Origin: Myxococcota bacterium | GTDB taxonomy: Bacteria; Myxococcota_A; SURF-8; G963663525 | Direction of reading: 5' to 3' | Assembly (NCBI GenBank): GCA_963676915.2 | Contig: CAXXVK010000002.1 | Coordinates: 1 to 27,268 of the forward strand | Length of the DNA: 27,268 bases | Shown here: in pieces, positions 1 to 11,232 of the stretch | Position numbering within the stretch: position 1 is the first letter of the stretch | Layout of the letters: every line of letters starts with the position of its first letter | Position numbers and translations under genes: made by a program | Notes under the pieces: generated by a model | What the model was told of the DNA's origin: nothing | What the model saw: the letters and a program-made list of their open reading frames with translations, nothing else | The model's database searches: none

Positions 1-722
1 GTGTCACCTCGCGATTGGTGACCGGGTTCGGAGCCGTCAGATTGACCGCTCCACGAATTTCGCTGTCGATCAGAAACTCCACGACTCGTACGACATCCTC
101 AACATGCACCCAGGACAGCCATTGCTTTCCACTTCCCAACACGCCTCCGAGATAGGATTTGAACGGAGCCAGCATTTCGGGCAATGCGCCTCCTTTGTCG
201 CTCAAAACCACGCCGGTTCGCAACAACACACGCCGAACGCCCAACGATTCCACCTTCAGGCTGGCGGCTTCCCACTGACGGCAGACTTCCGCGAGAAACC
301 CGGTACCGCTCGCTTCGGACTCATCCGCCACGATACCGCCCGTCGAACCATAAAAGCCAATCGCCGACGCCTGAATCAGCGCGGCAGGTTTTTCCTTCGC
401 CTTTTCAATGGCTTGCACGATGGGCTCCGGCTGCGTCGAGACGACTTTGGAGAATTTTCTTTCGACGAGAGGTCGTCCAACGCCCCCTGACCGATATTCT
501 CACCCGCCAGATTGATCACGGCAGCCGCTTTCTCGACATGAGCCCCCCAACCCTCCGCGCTCCGACCATCCCAGCCAACGGGTTCGGCACGTTCTCCCAA
601 TTTCTTTCGCGCAGACTCGGGATTGCGGGTCAACGCGAAAATTTCGTACCCCTTTTTCGTGAAGATGCCGCGTCAACAACCTGCCCGACAAGGCCCGTAG
701 CTCCCGAAATGACGACATGCAT
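1..722 (-). pseudogene. TIGR01777/YfcH-like NAD-dependent epimerase, frameshifted four times (real pseudogene or sequencing error); 3' end runs off the window
   Basis: Manual translation across frames gives [13 protein letters not shown] / [11 protein letters not shown] / YEIFALTRNPES...AVINLAGENIGQG / RWTTSRRKKILQSRLDAAGA / IVQAIEKAKEKPAALIQASAIGFYG...FLAEVCRQWEAA...RTGVVLSDKGGAL...GSGKQWLSWVHVEDVV...GAVNLTAPNPVTN. Each junction is one extra base in a G/C run (684-686, 649-652, 483-487, 422-424). Confidence 0.85.
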
Positions 723-777
723 GGTTTCCCCGCCTTTCGTGTGGTAAAAAATGCCTTGTGTATTAGGAATAATGTAG

Positions 778-816
778 GTTTCATGGAAACGAGATCAAGC
801 GGTTTTCGTGAAAACC
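778..816. promoter_or_regulatory. Two related palindromes in the divergent epimerase/uvrB intergenic region
   Basis: GTTTC-ATG-GAAAC (778-790) and GGTTTTC-GT-GAAAACC (801-816). Confidence 0.3.
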
Positions 817-854
817 CCTCCGTAACAAATGGCATTCCGAGAAAGATCCGACCG

Positions 855-3023
855 ATGAACGAAAAAAATCCCGTAGAAGCCCTTGTAGAAGGTCTATCCT
901 ACGAACAACGCCGCCACCGGGGTTTAAAACCCACCGAATTCAAACTGGCGGATACCTTCAAGCCGACCGGCGACCAGCCCGATGCTATCGAGCAACTCGT
1001 CCAGGGTGTCAAAGAAAACCGAAAGCACCAGGTTCTGCTTGGAGTTACGGGATCGGGCAAGACGTTCACCATGGCGAACGTGATCGAGCGCGTGCAGCGC
1101 CCGGCGCTGGTATTGGCTCACAACAAGACGTTGGCCGCTCAGTTATACTCGGAGTTCAAAGAACTGTTCCCCGACAACGCGGTGGAGTATTTCGTTAGTT
1201 ATTACGACTACTACCAGCCGGAAGCCTACATCCCTTCGACCGACACTTACGTGGACAAAGAATCGACCATCAACGACGAAATCGACCGAATGCGTCTCTC
1301 GGCTACCCGTTCGCTGTTCGAGCGCGACGACGTGATCATCGTGGCGTCCGTCTCCTGTATTTACGGTCTGGGCAGCGCCGAGGCTTATTTCGGCATGATG
1401 GTGTTTCTGTATGAAGGACTGGAAATCGACCGAGGCCGCTTTCTGAAAAAGCTTGTCTCCATGCAATACGAACGCAATGACGTGGATTTTCATCGTGGAA
1501 CTTTTCGCGTTCGTGGTGACAACGTGGAAATCTTTCCGGCCTACGAAGAAGATCGTGCCTTGCGCGTCGAATTCTGGGGAGACGAAGTGTCCGAAATCAA
1601 GTGGATCGATCCCCTAACCGGCAAAGTCACGGGAAAACTGACCAAAGTAGCCGTCTATCCGGCGTCGCACTACGTTGTCACCGCCGACCGGCTGCAAAGG
1701 GCTATGGATTCGATCCGTATCGAGATGGCCGAACGTGTCGGACATTTCGACGACAACATGAAACTGCTCGAATCCCAGCGTCTCAACGAACGAACCCGCT
1801 ACGACCTTGAAATGCTTGAACAAATGGGATATTGCAGCGGTATCGAAAACTACTCGCGCCACTTCACAGGGCGTCTTCCAGGCGAAGCCCCACCCTGCCT
1901 GCTCGATTTCTTCCCTCAAAATTGGCTGATGTTCATCGACGAATCCCACGTCACGGTTTCCCAGGTCGGCGGCATGTATCGCGGCGACCGCTCCCGCAAG
2001 GAAAATCTTGTCGAATTCGGATTCCGTCTGCCCTCGGCCCTGGACAATCGCCCGTTGAAATTCGACGAGTTCGAAAAACGGCTGGACCAGGTGATTTACG
2101 TCTCCGCCACACCTGCCGACTACGAATTGGAAAAGGCCGAGGGAGTGGTGGTCGAGCAGGTGATTCGTCCCACCGGTCTTGTAGACCCGGTGGTGGAAAT
2201 CCGCCCCGCCGCCGAGCAAATCTACGATCTGCTGGAGGAAATCCAGCTACGCATCGAGAGCAAGGAGCGGGTACTCGTCACGACGCTGACCAAACGCATG
2301 GCCGAGGAGTTGACCGACTATTACAACGACCTTGGCATCAAAGTTACCTACCTGCATTCGGATATCGACACACTGGAACGTATGGCGATCATTCGGGATT
2401 TACGATTGGGTAAATTCGATGTGCTCGTGGGCATCAACCTTCTGCGCGAGGGCTTGGACATCCCCGAAGTTTCGCTAGTGGCCATTCTCGACGCCGACAA
2501 AGAAGGTTTCCTACGCTCCGAACGTTCGCTGATTCAGACCATGGGCCGTGCAGCACGACACGTCCACGGCAAAGCGATCCTCTACGCCGATTTCGAAACG
2601 AAATCGATGAAAAAGGCCATCGGCGAAACCGAGCGCCGACGTAAAATCCAAATCGCCTACAACGAGAAACACAGCATCGAACCGCGCTCGATCAAAAAAG
2701 CGATTCACGATATGGGTTACTATTCCGACGGCGACTACCTCCAGCCCACGGCACTCGATGACGACGCCGCCCCGATCGACATGGGACGAGAGGAACTTCG
2801 TGACGAAATCGACCGTCTCAACGGCGAGATGATCGCCGCCGCCGAAGCGCTGGAATTCGAAAAAGCGGCAGATTTACGTGACCAGATCAAGATTCTCAAA
2901 AAGATCGAACTTCAACACGAACAGAAAGAAAAGAAAACAAACCGCAAAGAACGTGAAAAAGCCGCTCAACGGGCACGAATACAAAAGAAGAAAAAAGCCA
3001 AACGAAACATGAAAAAAAGGTAA
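855..3023 (+). CDS. uvrB: Excinuclease ABC subunit B
   Basis: PTGDQP, Walker A GVTGSGKT, beta-hairpin [28 protein letters not shown], and C-terminal UVR motif [17 protein letters not shown]. Start placed at ATG 855 rather than 717. Confidence 0.97.
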   Translation: MNEKNPVEALVEGLSYEQRRHRGLKPTEFKLADTFKPTGDQPDAIEQLVQGVKENRKHQVLLGVTGSGKTFTMANVIERVQRPALVLAHNKTLAAQLYSEFKELFPDNAVEYFVSYYDYYQPEAYIPSTDTYVDKESTINDEIDRMRLSATRSLFERDDVIIVASVSCIYGLGSAEAYFGMMVFLYEGLEIDRGRFLKKLVSMQYERNDVDFHRGTFRVRGDNVEIFPAYEEDRALRVEFWGDEVSEIKWIDPLTGKVTGKLTKVAVYPASHYVVTADRLQRAMDSIRIEMAERVGHFDDNMKLLESQRLNERTRYDLEMLEQMGYCSGIENYSRHFTGRLPGEAPPCLLDFFPQNWLMFIDESHVTVSQVGGMYRGDRSRKENLVEFGFRLPSALDNRPLKFDEFEKRLDQVIYVSATPADYELEKAEGVVVEQVIRPTGLVDPVVEIRPAAEQIYDLLEEIQLRIESKERVLVTTLTKRMAEELTDYYNDLGIKVTYLHSDIDTLERMAIIRDLRLGKFDVLVGINLLREGLDIPEVSLVAILDADKEGFLRSERSLIQTMGRAARHVHGKAILYADFETKSMKKAIGETERRRKIQIAYNEKHSIEPRSIKKAIHDMGYYSDGDYLQPTALDDDAAPIDMGREELRDEIDRLNGEMIAAAEALEFEKAADLRDQIKILKKIELQHEQKEKKTNRKEREKAAQRARIQKKKKAKRNMKKR

Positions 3024-3087
3024 TGATTCGTTAAAAGTGTGTAATTTTCACACTCCCCTGAAACTTCCCCCCCCCTTTCCGTCGTAT

Positions 3088-3120
3088 AAAAAAAAGAGCA
3101 CGTCGCTTGACGTGCTCTTT
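3088..3120 (-). terminator. Rho-independent terminator for tpiA (possibly bidirectional)
   Basis: Perfect 12-bp stem AAAGAGCACGTC-gctt-GACGTGCTCTTT (3093-3120) next to an A run (U-tract on the minus strand), between convergent uvrB and tpiA. Confidence 0.85.
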
Positions 3121-3164
3121 CGATACAAAACGGTTCAAACCCGAATTAGTCGGGACAAAACCGC

Positions 3165-3920
3165 CTATTTTGTGTAATTGACGATCCCTGCAAAGCTTTC
3201 CGCTGTCAGCGACGCACCACCCACCAGCGCGCCATCGATATCCGGCTGGGACAGCAATTCCAGGGCGTTGGCCGGTTTGACCGATCCGCCGTACTGAATG
3301 GTAATGTGGGCAGCGGCATCCGGGCCGAGATGGTCGGACAAACGCTTGCGGATGAATTTGTGGATCTCTTGCGCCTGCTCGGGTGTAGCGGTTTTTCCGG
3401 TACCAATGGCCCAGATCGGCTCGTAGGCAACGATGGTCTGCATAGCACGTTCGTGGCTGAGGCCGACGAAAGCCGCATCGAGTTGGCGACCGATTTTCTC
3501 GGTGGTTTTGCCCGCTTCGCGTTCTTCGAGGCTTTCACCGATACAAACGATAGGAATCATTCCCTCGCGGTGAACGGCATCGATTTTTCGGCGTACGAAT
3601 TCGTCGGTTTCGCCGAAAATCTCGCGGCGCTCGGAATGTCCGACGATCACGTAACGCGCTCCGGTGGCCTTGATCATTCCCGGCGAGACTTCACCCGTAA
3701 ACGCCCCTTTTTCCTCGGGATATACGTTTTGTGCACCGACCTGCACGTTACTTCCTTCACAGGTCCGCACCAAAGCCCGCAATCCTGGGAAAGCCGGACA
3801 AAGTACGACCACCACATCTTTGGTTTTGGAAACAAGCTTGATCAACTCCGTGGCGTGCGTTACGCCCTCTTCGGGAGTCAAATGCATTTTCCAGTTTCCG
3901 GCAATGACGATTTTACGCAT
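3165..3920 (-). CDS. tpiA: Triosephosphate isomerase
   Basis: AGNWKMH, GAFTGEVS, GHSERR, AYEPIWAIGTG, YGGSVKP, LVGGASL. Confidence 0.98.
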   Translation of the reverse strand: MRKIVIAGNWKMHLTPEEGVTHATELIKLVSKTKDVVVVLCPAFPGLRALVRTCEGSNVQVGAQNVYPEEKGAFTGEVSPGMIKATGARYVIVGHSERREIFGETDEFVRRKIDAVHREGMIPIVCIGESLEEREAGKTTEKIGRQLDAAFVGLSHERAMQTIVAYEPIWAIGTGKTATPEQAQEIHKFIRKRLSDHLGPDAAAHITIQYGGSVKPANALELLSQPDIDGALVGGASLTAESFAGIVNYTK

Positions 3921-4085
3921 GATGTTCCTCCGTTGAAACGGTAGTATTTCTTACCCACTCAATACCTGTTGAAAAGCGACATTCGTTATCCGGCGAATGG
4001 TTTTTGCCGGATGGTCGTCTGCTTTATAACAGAATTGTGCGGACTTGAAAACCCCGAAAGCGACAGGAGGTTGCCAAAAGAGAAC

Positions 4086-5303
4086 TCACGTATGATGGTT
4101 TACGGCCTGTTTCAGAAACGGGTCTTTCAAGGGAATCGGATTGTGTCGCTTCATCGAGGCGGAAAACACCAGATAAAATGCTCCGGCAAATCCTAAAAAT
4201 ACAAGAAATTCCACCCACGGAACATGGGCGTGGGAACCATGCCCGCCGTGACCGCCGACCGCCGGTGCGACAAGCAGAAACAGGTGGAAAAACTGCGCCA
4301 GCAGCACCAATGACGACAGCACCACCACCGCCACAGGATGACGTTTGACATGCCGCGAGGTCAACACCACAAAGGGAATCACGAATTTCACGAGTGGCAG
4401 AGCGATCATGTACGGCAACCAGCCGTTGGAACCTCTAGATAGGAAATACAGGGTTTCTTCGGGAAGATTTCCGTACCAGATCAGCAAAAACTGGCAAAAA
4501 TAGATATAGGCCCAAAATCCGGTAAAGGCATACATCATTTTCGCCACATCGTGCAGGTGATTTTCGTTGACGAAGCCTTCAAGCCTGCCGGTCAGAATGA
4601 ACCACGCCGCTACCAAAGACATAAATGCAAGACCGGTCTGCATCATGTCGGTAAACGTCATAACGGCATACATCGTCGAAAACCAGTGCGGTTCCAGCGA
4701 CATCAGAAACAGGTAGCTCAACAGGGTAAAACTCAGCGCAAACAGCACGAGAAACACCGCCCCCAGTTTCCAGTTCGCAAATGTCAGTTTTACATCTCCG
4801 GTCGTATCCTGGCGACGAGAATTGCGGTTCATCAGCAGATTGAACACAAGATAGATGGCGAAACTGATCGCAATGAATACGTAAAACGCGGTCATATTGA
4901 GAAACGGTTCCTTATGCCGCAACAGCTCATCGGCTTGCACCGCTTCATGATGCGTCCAATGGTACAGAGAATGCGCACCCAGCCCCAACAACAACCCCGA
5001 AAGCGCCGCAAAAGGCAACCAGGCCGCCATGGCTTCCGAAACCCTACGCAACGGCACCGACCAGACGCCTTTGGAAAGATATTGGATGGCATTCCAGGCC
5101 GTTCCGAATACTCCCAGGCTGAAAAAATAGAACATTGCCACGAGATAGGCTGTCCAGGCTCGCGCAGGATCTCCGCTTAAAAGCACCCAGGCAAAGGCTC
5201 CCGCTCCGACAAACAGCAACAGAATCGCCAAAAAAGTCCCCGAAAGAGGAAAAGCGATCTTTTGCGGGGCTTCAAGTCGTCTTGCTTCGCTATGGTGGCT
5301 CAT
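4086..5303 (-). CDS. actF: Alternative complex III membrane subunit ActF
   Basis: About 10 hydrophobic segments; MSLEPHWFSTM and FWAYIYFCQFLLIWYGNLPEET motifs; last gene after actA-E. Confidence 0.88.
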   Translation of the reverse strand: MSHHSEARRLEAPQKIAFPLSGTFLAILLLFVGAGAFAWVLLSGDPARAWTAYLVAMFYFFSLGVFGTAWNAIQYLSKGVWSVPLRRVSEAMAAWLPFAALSGLLLGLGAHSLYHWTHHEAVQADELLRHKEPFLNMTAFYVFIAISFAIYLVFNLLMNRNSRRQDTTGDVKLTFANWKLGAVFLVLFALSFTLLSYLFLMSLEPHWFSTMYAVMTFTDMMQTGLAFMSLVAAWFILTGRLEGFVNENHLHDVAKMMYAFTGFWAYIYFCQFLLIWYGNLPEETLYFLSRGSNGWLPYMIALPLVKFVIPFVVLTSRHVKRHPVAVVVLSSLVLLAQFFHLFLLVAPAVGGHGGHGSHAHVPWVEFLVFLGFAGAFYLVFSASMKRHNPIPLKDPFLKQAVNHHT

Positions 5304-5315
5304 CCGTTTCTCCGT

Positions 5316-6029
5316 TTACGGGGTCGGTGTCTGTAACGCAGGTTGATCCTCGGCGGCATCTTCAGCGGCTTTTCGAGCCTCTTCCTCGGCAGCTTTGCGT
5401 TCGGCTTCCCAAAACGCCAGGTCGGCTTCCGTCGGTGGTGCAACCGGAAGTGTGGCTTGAAGGTTGCGAATGTAATGCACTACGGACCAGAGGTCTTCAG
5501 GTTCCAACTGTGTGGAATGGCTAGGCATCGATGCCTGCCCCCTCATTGGAACGTGGAAAATCCGAGCGTCGGTATAGTCGCGTACCCGTTTTCGCATCAG
5601 ATGTGGAGGTTTGGGAAAAAGTTGTGTCAGATTGCCATCCCCCGCCGCCTGTTTTCCGTGACAGACGATGCAAACGTTTTCGAAAACGGTTTTGCCTTCG
5701 AGAATGCGCTCCGGCGTGCTTTTGTACGGATTATGAAGCGCAAGCGCGGCTTTCTCGGCTTCATCCTGTACGAAAGGATAAACAAACTGATCGAGAGCCA
5801 CAGTGCCTTCAGGAGGTTTTCTCATCCCGACGGGATTCGGACCGAACAGGTCCGTCCGCTGCGGTTTCAGCTTGGGTTGGTCGGCCATATCGGCCCAGTT
5901 GAACTCGTAAAACGGCTCGGCGCCTGCCGGGATTCCCGGCTCGTATCCGGGAACATCTCCCGGTCCGCAGGACCATCCCGCCACGGCGGAAAAAGCCAAC
6001 AGAAAAACCGCCGGTAAACTACGCCACAT
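5316..6029 (-). CDS. actE: Alternative complex III monoheme cytochrome c lipoprotein ActE
   Basis: Signal peptide ending in Cys (AVAGWSC), DMADQPKLKPQ...MRKPPEGTVA, a single CIVCH, and MPSH distal Met. ATG 6029 lies downstream of GGAGG. Confidence 0.88.
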   Translation of the reverse strand: MWRSLPAVFLLAFSAVAGWSCGPGDVPGYEPGIPAGAEPFYEFNWADMADQPKLKPQRTDLFGPNPVGMRKPPEGTVALDQFVYPFVQDEAEKAALALHNPYKSTPERILEGKTVFENVCIVCHGKQAAGDGNLTQLFPKPPHLMRKRVRDYTDARIFHVPMRGQASMPSHSTQLEPEDLWSVVHYIRNLQATLPVAPPTEADLAFWEAERKAAEEEARKAAEDAAEDQPALQTPTP

Positions 6030-6573
6030 CGTCAACCTCCTCGTCGATCACACGAACGCCGTGCAGGTTCAAATCTTTCAGGAATCCAGCCGCTTTCTCG
6101 GCGTCGAACTCGGGATCGTCGGCGCTGATCCACAACACGAACTTGTCGATCGTCGCTCCCGTACGAACCTTCAGAGACGGTGGCTGGGGAACCGTCCATT
6201 TCTTTCCGGCGAATATGGCAATCACCGCCGTCCCGATCCCCGCAAAAAGCACCATCAATTCGAAAGTGATCGGGATGAACGACGGCCAGGCATTGAAGGG
6301 TTTTCCACCGAAATTCATCGGCCAGAGAAACACCATGATTCCCACCATCATCACCTGCGCCGCGAGAATCCCCGAGGCGGCCAACCCCGCCGTAATCCAC
6401 GGAACCCAGGAACGCTTCAGCCCCATCGCTTCGTCCATGCCATGAACCGGAAACGGTGTCAGGACATCGAAACGGGTATACTTGGAATCTCGCATTTTCT
6501 GCGCCGCCTGAAGCGCTTCGTCCGGTGTACAAACATATCCGCTTACACCAAAAATCGCGTCGGATCGCGCCAT
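6019..6573 (-). CDS. actD: Alternative complex III subunit ActD (DUF3341)
   Basis: TPFPVHGMDEAMG, WPMNFGGKP, FIPITFELMVLFA; two TM helices. Confidence 0.92.
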   Translation of the reverse strand: MARSDAIFGVSGYVCTPDEALQAAQKMRDSKYTRFDVLTPFPVHGMDEAMGLKRSWVPWITAGLAASGILAAQVMMVGIMVFLWPMNFGGKPFNAWPSFIPITFELMVLFAGIGTAVIAIFAGKKWTVPQPPSLKVRTGATIDKFVLWISADDPEFDAEKAAGFLKDLNLHGVRVIDEEVDDVA

Positions 6574-6574
6574 G

Positions 6575-8056
6575 TTACGCCTCCTCGTTCGAATCGGACT
6601 CGGGTTTGCATCGCGCCACGTCAGGGTCCATTACGCCCTTGACTTCGGACATCGCGATGGACGGCAAGAGCCGCACGAACAGCAGAAACAGCGTGAAAAA
6701 CAGCCCGAACGATCCGATCAGGATCGACCAGTCGTAAAACGTCATGTGATACATACCCCAGCTCGACGGCAGAAAGTCGCGATGCAGCGAGGTCACGATA
6801 ATCACGTAGCGCTCGAACCACATACCGACGTTCACCAGAATGGCAATGATCAGTAAGGTTACGGGGTTGCGGCGGATTTTCTTGAACCAGAAAAACTGAG
6901 GAATGATGGCGTTGCAGGTGAACATGATGAAATACGACCAGCCATAGGGACCGAATGCCCGGTTGCGGAAAACGAAGCCCTCGTACTCGCTACCGGAGTA
7001 CCAGGCGATGAAGAATTCGGTCGAATACGCCAGTCCCACCAACATGCCGGTCAGCATGATGATTTTCGCCATCGCTTCCATGTGGTTGATCGTAATGTAG
7101 TTTTTCAGGTTAAAAACATGACGCATGAAAACCATCAGCGTCAGCACCATCGCGAAACCGGAGAAAATCGCCCCGATGACAAAGTACGGAGGGAAAATCG
7201 TCGTGTGCCACCCGGGCATAATCGACGTAGCGAAGTCGAACGATACGATGGTATGCACAGAAAATACAAGCGGCGTCGCCAGGGCGGCAAGAATGAGATA
7301 GGCCGCTTCGTAGTGCCTCCACGCACGGTTGGAGCCGGTCCAGCCCAAAGACAGCAAATGATAAAGCTTGCGCCGCCACGGATGCGTGGCGCGGTCGCGA
7401 ATCGTCGCCAGATCGGGCAGCAATCCCACATACCAGAACACCGCCGAGATCGTGCCGTAGGTCGAAATCGCGAAAATATCCCAGGCCAGTGCACTATTGA
7501 AGTTGATCCACAGAGGTCCACGATCGTTGGGTAAAGGCATCAGCCAATAGGCGAACCAGGGACGCCCTAAATGGATAATGGGAAAAATCCCCGCACAGGC
7601 CACGGCGAACAGAGTCATCGCTTCCGCCGAACGGTTGATCGCCGTACGCCACTTTTGTCTGAAAAGAAACAGAACGGCGGAAATCAGCGTTCCGGCATGG
7701 CCGATACCGATCCAGAACACGAAATTGACGATGAACGTTCCCCACCCTACCGGGTGATTGATCCCAACGACTCCTTCACCCGTGTAAAACAGCGTCGCCA
7801 GGGAAAAGAATAACAATCCCAACATACTGCCCGCAATGATGAAACAGATCCACCACCGCCTCGTGGGAAAATTCTCGACGTGGAAGGCGATATCTCCATC
7901 CACGTCCGCATAGGTTTTGTTTCCCGTAACCAGCGGTTCGGTGATCAATTCGCTACCACCCAGCAAGCCGCCGCCCTCTACAGTGATGGGTACTCCGTGG
8001 AGATCGGCATCTCCGGTCACGGTTTCATAAGGACTTTTCATGGTTTCACTTTTCAT
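6575..8056 (-). CDS. actC: Alternative complex III quinol-oxidising NrfD-family subunit ActC
   Basis: [73 protein letters not shown]. Confidence 0.95.
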   Translation of the reverse strand: MKSETMKSPYETVTGDADLHGVPITVEGGGLLGGSELITEPLVTGNKTYADVDGDIAFHVENFPTRRWWICFIIAGSMLGLLFFSLATLFYTGEGVVGINHPVGWGTFIVNFVFWIGIGHAGTLISAVLFLFRQKWRTAINRSAEAMTLFAVACAGIFPIIHLGRPWFAYWLMPLPNDRGPLWINFNSALAWDIFAISTYGTISAVFWYVGLLPDLATIRDRATHPWRRKLYHLLSLGWTGSNRAWRHYEAAYLILAALATPLVFSVHTIVSFDFATSIMPGWHTTIFPPYFVIGAIFSGFAMVLTLMVFMRHVFNLKNYITINHMEAMAKIIMLTGMLVGLAYSTEFFIAWYSGSEYEGFVFRNRAFGPYGWSYFIMFTCNAIIPQFFWFKKIRRNPVTLLIIAILVNVGMWFERYVIIVTSLHRDFLPSSWGMYHMTFYDWSILIGSFGLFFTLFLLFVRLLPSIAMSEVKGVMDPDVARCKPESDSNEEA

Positions 8057-11000
8057 TGCGGACCTTCGTCAAGTAGGCGATGGACGGAATGACATTGGTA
8101 ACTTCGAGAATCTTCATCGCTCGCGAGCTTTGAGAGGTGCGAGAAACTTTTGCATCGGAATCCAGCACGTTACCGAAAACGATGGCTTTCGAGGGACAGG
8201 CCGCCTGACAGGCGGTTACGACATCGCCATCTCTGAGTTTACCGGTACGACCTTCACGACGCGCCTTCTCACGAGCATCCATGATGCGTTGCACGCAGAA
8301 CGAACATTTTTCCATCACGCCCCGGTAACGAACCGTTACCTCTGGGTTGTTTTTCATCTGCATTTTTCCGCGTACGTTGAGTGTCGCGTGTCGCTTGATT
8401 TCGGGAACCAGCACCTTGAACAACAGGTTAGGACGCGGTTTTTGATAATCGAACCAATTGAAGCGTCGCACTTTGAATGGACAATTGTTCGCACAATATC
8501 GGGTTCCCACACAGCGGTTGTAAATCTGCTGGTTCAGTCCGTCCGCACTGTGCATCGTTGCCACGAATGGGCAGACCGTCTCGCAGGGTGCATTCTCGCA
8601 ATGCTGGCAAAGCATCGGCTGAAACAGGGTTTTCGGCTCCTCGACAACTTCTTGAGGCGCATCGAAGACCGAATCATCCCAACCGCCTTTCTTTTCGGGA
8701 GCATCGTAATAGCGATCGATGCGCATCCAGGACATCTCGCGGCCATCCAACACGCCTTTTTTCCCGACTACCGGAATGTTGTTTTCGGCCTGACAGGCGA
8801 TCACGCAGTTTCCGCACCCCGTACAACGAGAGAGATCGATGGACATCCCCCAGCGAATATCTTTGTAGTCATGCTCGGGCCAGATCGATTCCCCACCCGG
8901 AATCTGCCCCGTCCCGGCTTTGGGATCGGCAAGATATTCGGCAAGCGTTGCAGCGGGTACCAACGGACGCCGTACCCGGTCGAGGACATCGCCACCTTGA
9001 CAAATCGCCAGCGGTTCGTTTCCTTTGGCTTTTTTCACGGTCACGGGAATACCGGAGCGTACGAGCGTATCCTCGGAGATGGCCAAAGATTGAAACAAAT
9101 TGCGCCCCACATCGGAGCCAATATCCCCAACGTGGGTCCGTCCCCATCCCAGAGGTACGGCGAGCACGTCCCGATGCATTCCGGCCTGACGAAACGCCGG
9201 TATTTTCAACGTGTTTCCGTTGAATCCGATTTCGACAAGATCTCCGTTTTGCAGTCCCATTTCATCAAAGCGACTCGGGGCCAACGCCAGCCATTCCCCC
9301 CATGCCACTCGGCTGATGGGATCGGGAAATTCCAGTAGCCATCCGTTGTTCCCCTGACTGCCATCATACAATGCGTGGCTCGGGAAGAATTCCAGCTCCA
9401 GCCCATCTTTCGACGAGATCCGACAGTTCTTGAATGTCTCAAAAGCCACTGGATTGAATCCGGCCAGAGGACTTCTGCGCCCGCCCAGATCGATCCAGCC
9501 TTTTTTCAACGCATCCTGCCAGGCTTGCTCCGAATCGGGACGCATCCTGAAAAAGTGCTCGATCCAGTACGATTTCACGTAATGATACGCCGGAGAATGT
9601 ACGAGCGCTTTTTTTCCCTCGGTGTCGAGCGCCGCCCGGTAGGCTGCATCGAGTCGCCCTTTCTCACCGGCCAATGCCGCCCAGGAAATCAGCAGGTCCA
9701 ACATGCCGTAGGTTTTGTAAAGTGGACGGATCGAAGGCTGCACGACACCATACAAACCTCGATCCAAACCGGCATCTCCCCAGGATTCCAGCGGATGACT
9801 GAGCGCTGCGAGATAGTCGGCCTGACGAGCGGTTTCATCCACACGATCGGCCAGAGAAACCACGAGCTTCGCTTTTTTCATCGCCTCGGCGAATTTCAGC
9901 GAGGCGGGAGCGTCGAATACCGGGTTGACCCCGGCAATCAACAACAGGTCGATACGCCCGGCATTCAATTCATCCGTTAGCGTTTCAAGCCGTTTGACAC
10001 CTCCCGAACGAAGAGATTTGCTATAGCGGGGATCAAAAGTTTTCGAAAAATTCCCCAGCGTGTAATTGAGCAGGTTAACGGCGGTTTCCAACGTTTCGCC
10101 CTGTTCGGACGCCGTAGCCGTAGCCCCTGAAATAACGAGGCTTTTTCCCTGATGATCCACCAGTTCATCGGCGAGACGAGAAAAGATTTTCGCATCCACG
10201 CCGATAGCCTTGGCGATACTTTCCGCTGAAAACGGTTCCAATACCGATTGCACACCTTGCAGTTTGGCGGCTGGACCGATCCGCCGTTTGGCAACCAGTT
10301 CGTAGACCAATGCCATCGCTGCCGCAGGAAGATGGCTGGAACGCACCCGAATGCGCTCGTCCGCGTTGGCTCCCGTCAGCGACAAACGCCCCTCGAACGC
10401 TACGAATCGCCCCATCCTCTCCTTTTTTCGGTCAGGATCTCGGCTATCGGCATAGTCCTCATTCATGCCGCTTTCGGGATAATCGAGAAACTCCGCGCCA
10501 AAGCCCACAATCAATTCGGCCTTGTCGAAGCGGGGCAGCGGTTTGGGAACCTCACCGAAACATTTCGTCCAAGCTCTTGCTTCGTGATCCTCCTCCAGCA
10601 TCGAAACATGAAAGACCCGAGCCTCGAAAGCCTGTGAAAACTCCTGCAACACGCTTGCCGAAGCCGGTCCTCCATCTTGACCGACCAACAACGCGATTTT
10701 TCCCCGGCTCTCTTTGAGCGCTGCCGTCACTTTTTTCGTCACGGTCTCCCAGTCCACCGGCTTGGGCAATCCTTTCGAGCGACGAACCGAAAGCGGTCCC
10801 TGGGCGCGATCAGGATCGTAGAGATCGAGAATTGCGGCCTGAGCGCGAAGATCCGGGGTTTTGACACGCGGATGCGAAGGATTGGCCTCAACCAGAATCG
10901 GGCGGCCCTCTCTCGTTCGAACAAGAACGGGAAAACCGCCCAGCGTCGTGGAATAAACCATCGGCTTACCGATCTTCCGCTGTTCCTCCGGTCGATCGAC

Positions 11001-11204
11001 ATAGGGAACGATCGGCTCTACCGGCATCTGGCACCCGGCGCCGGCCAACGCCATCGCGGCGGAGGCCGCCCCGGCCATACGGAAAAACTCGCGTCGATTC
11101 AATGAAAGCGGTTCGCTGCCATCGGGAAATTCCACCCGGTGGACGATCTCTTCTCCGGCTTTTGTCGCGTTCACCGCTTCGTCTTTTACTAGATGTTTGG
11201 GCAT
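8046..11204 (-). CDS. actB: Alternative complex III subunit ActB (Tat-exported molybdopterin-oxidoreductase-like domain plus Fe-S domain)
   Basis: Tat motif NRREFF with Cys at the end of the signal (ALAGAGC); [15 protein letters not shown]-terminal Fe-S motifs [42 protein letters not shown]...CQAACP. Start at ATG 11204 (upstream GAGG) avoids overlap with actA. Confidence 0.93.
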   Translation of the reverse strand: MPKHLVKDEAVNATKAGEEIVHRVEFPDGSEPLSLNRREFFRMAGAASAAMALAGAGCQMPVEPIVPYVDRPEEQRKIGKPMVYSTTLGGFPVLVRTREGRPILVEANPSHPRVKTPDLRAQAAILDLYDPDRAQGPLSVRRSKGLPKPVDWETVTKKVTAALKESRGKIALLVGQDGGPASASVLQEFSQAFEARVFHVSMLEEDHEARAWTKCFGEVPKPLPRFDKAELIVGFGAEFLDYPESGMNEDYADSRDPDRKKERMGRFVAFEGRLSLTGANADERIRVRSSHLPAAAMALVYELVAKRRIGPAAKLQGVQSVLEPFSAESIAKAIGVDAKIFSRLADELVDHQGKSLVISGATATASEQGETLETAVNLLNYTLGNFSKTFDPRYSKSLRSGGVKRLETLTDELNAGRIDLLLIAGVNPVFDAPASLKFAEAMKKAKLVVSLADRVDETARQADYLAALSHPLESWGDAGLDRGLYGVVQPSIRPLYKTYGMLDLLISWAALAGEKGRLDAAYRAALDTEGKKALVHSPAYHYVKSYWIEHFFRMRPDSEQAWQDALKKGWIDLGGRRSPLAGFNPVAFETFKNCRISSKDGLELEFFPSHALYDGSQGNNGWLLEFPDPISRVAWGEWLALAPSRFDEMGLQNGDLVEIGFNGNTLKIPAFRQAGMHRDVLAVPLGWGRTHVGDIGSDVGRNLFQSLAISEDTLVRSGIPVTVKKAKGNEPLAICQGGDVLDRVRRPLVPAATLAEYLADPKAGTGQIPGGESIWPEHDYKDIRWGMSIDLSRCTGCGNCVIACQAENNIPVVGKKGVLDGREMSWMRIDRYYDAPEKKGGWDDSVFDAPQEVVEEPKTLFQPMLCQHCENAPCETVCPFVATMHSADGLNQQIYNRCVGTRYCANNCPFKVRRFNWFDYQKPRPNLLFKVLVPEIKRHATLNVRGKMQMKNNPEVTVRYRGVMEKCSFCVQRIMDAREKARREGRTGKLRDGDVVTACQAACPSKAIVFGNVLDSDAKVSRTSQSSRAMKILEVTNVIPSIAYLTKVRNEK

Positions 11205-11232
11205 TTCGTCTTCCTCGGTCGTAGCCGTGTTT

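Noticed and set aside
3976-4018. Hairpin ATCCGGC...GCCGGAT between actF and tpiA as operon terminator
   Set aside because: The stem is present but no adjacent U-tract exists on the minus strand, so it cannot be called a terminator.
8040-9338. 432-aa plus-strand ORF (likewise 12600-13736)
   Set aside because: Antisense shadows of actB and ccoI.
8046-11204. ActB as an active molybdoenzyme / anaerobic reductase
   Set aside because: The actA-F context identifies ACIII, whose ActB is known to lack a Mo cofactor; the N-terminal Fe-S Cys motif of true Mo catalytic subunits is also absent.
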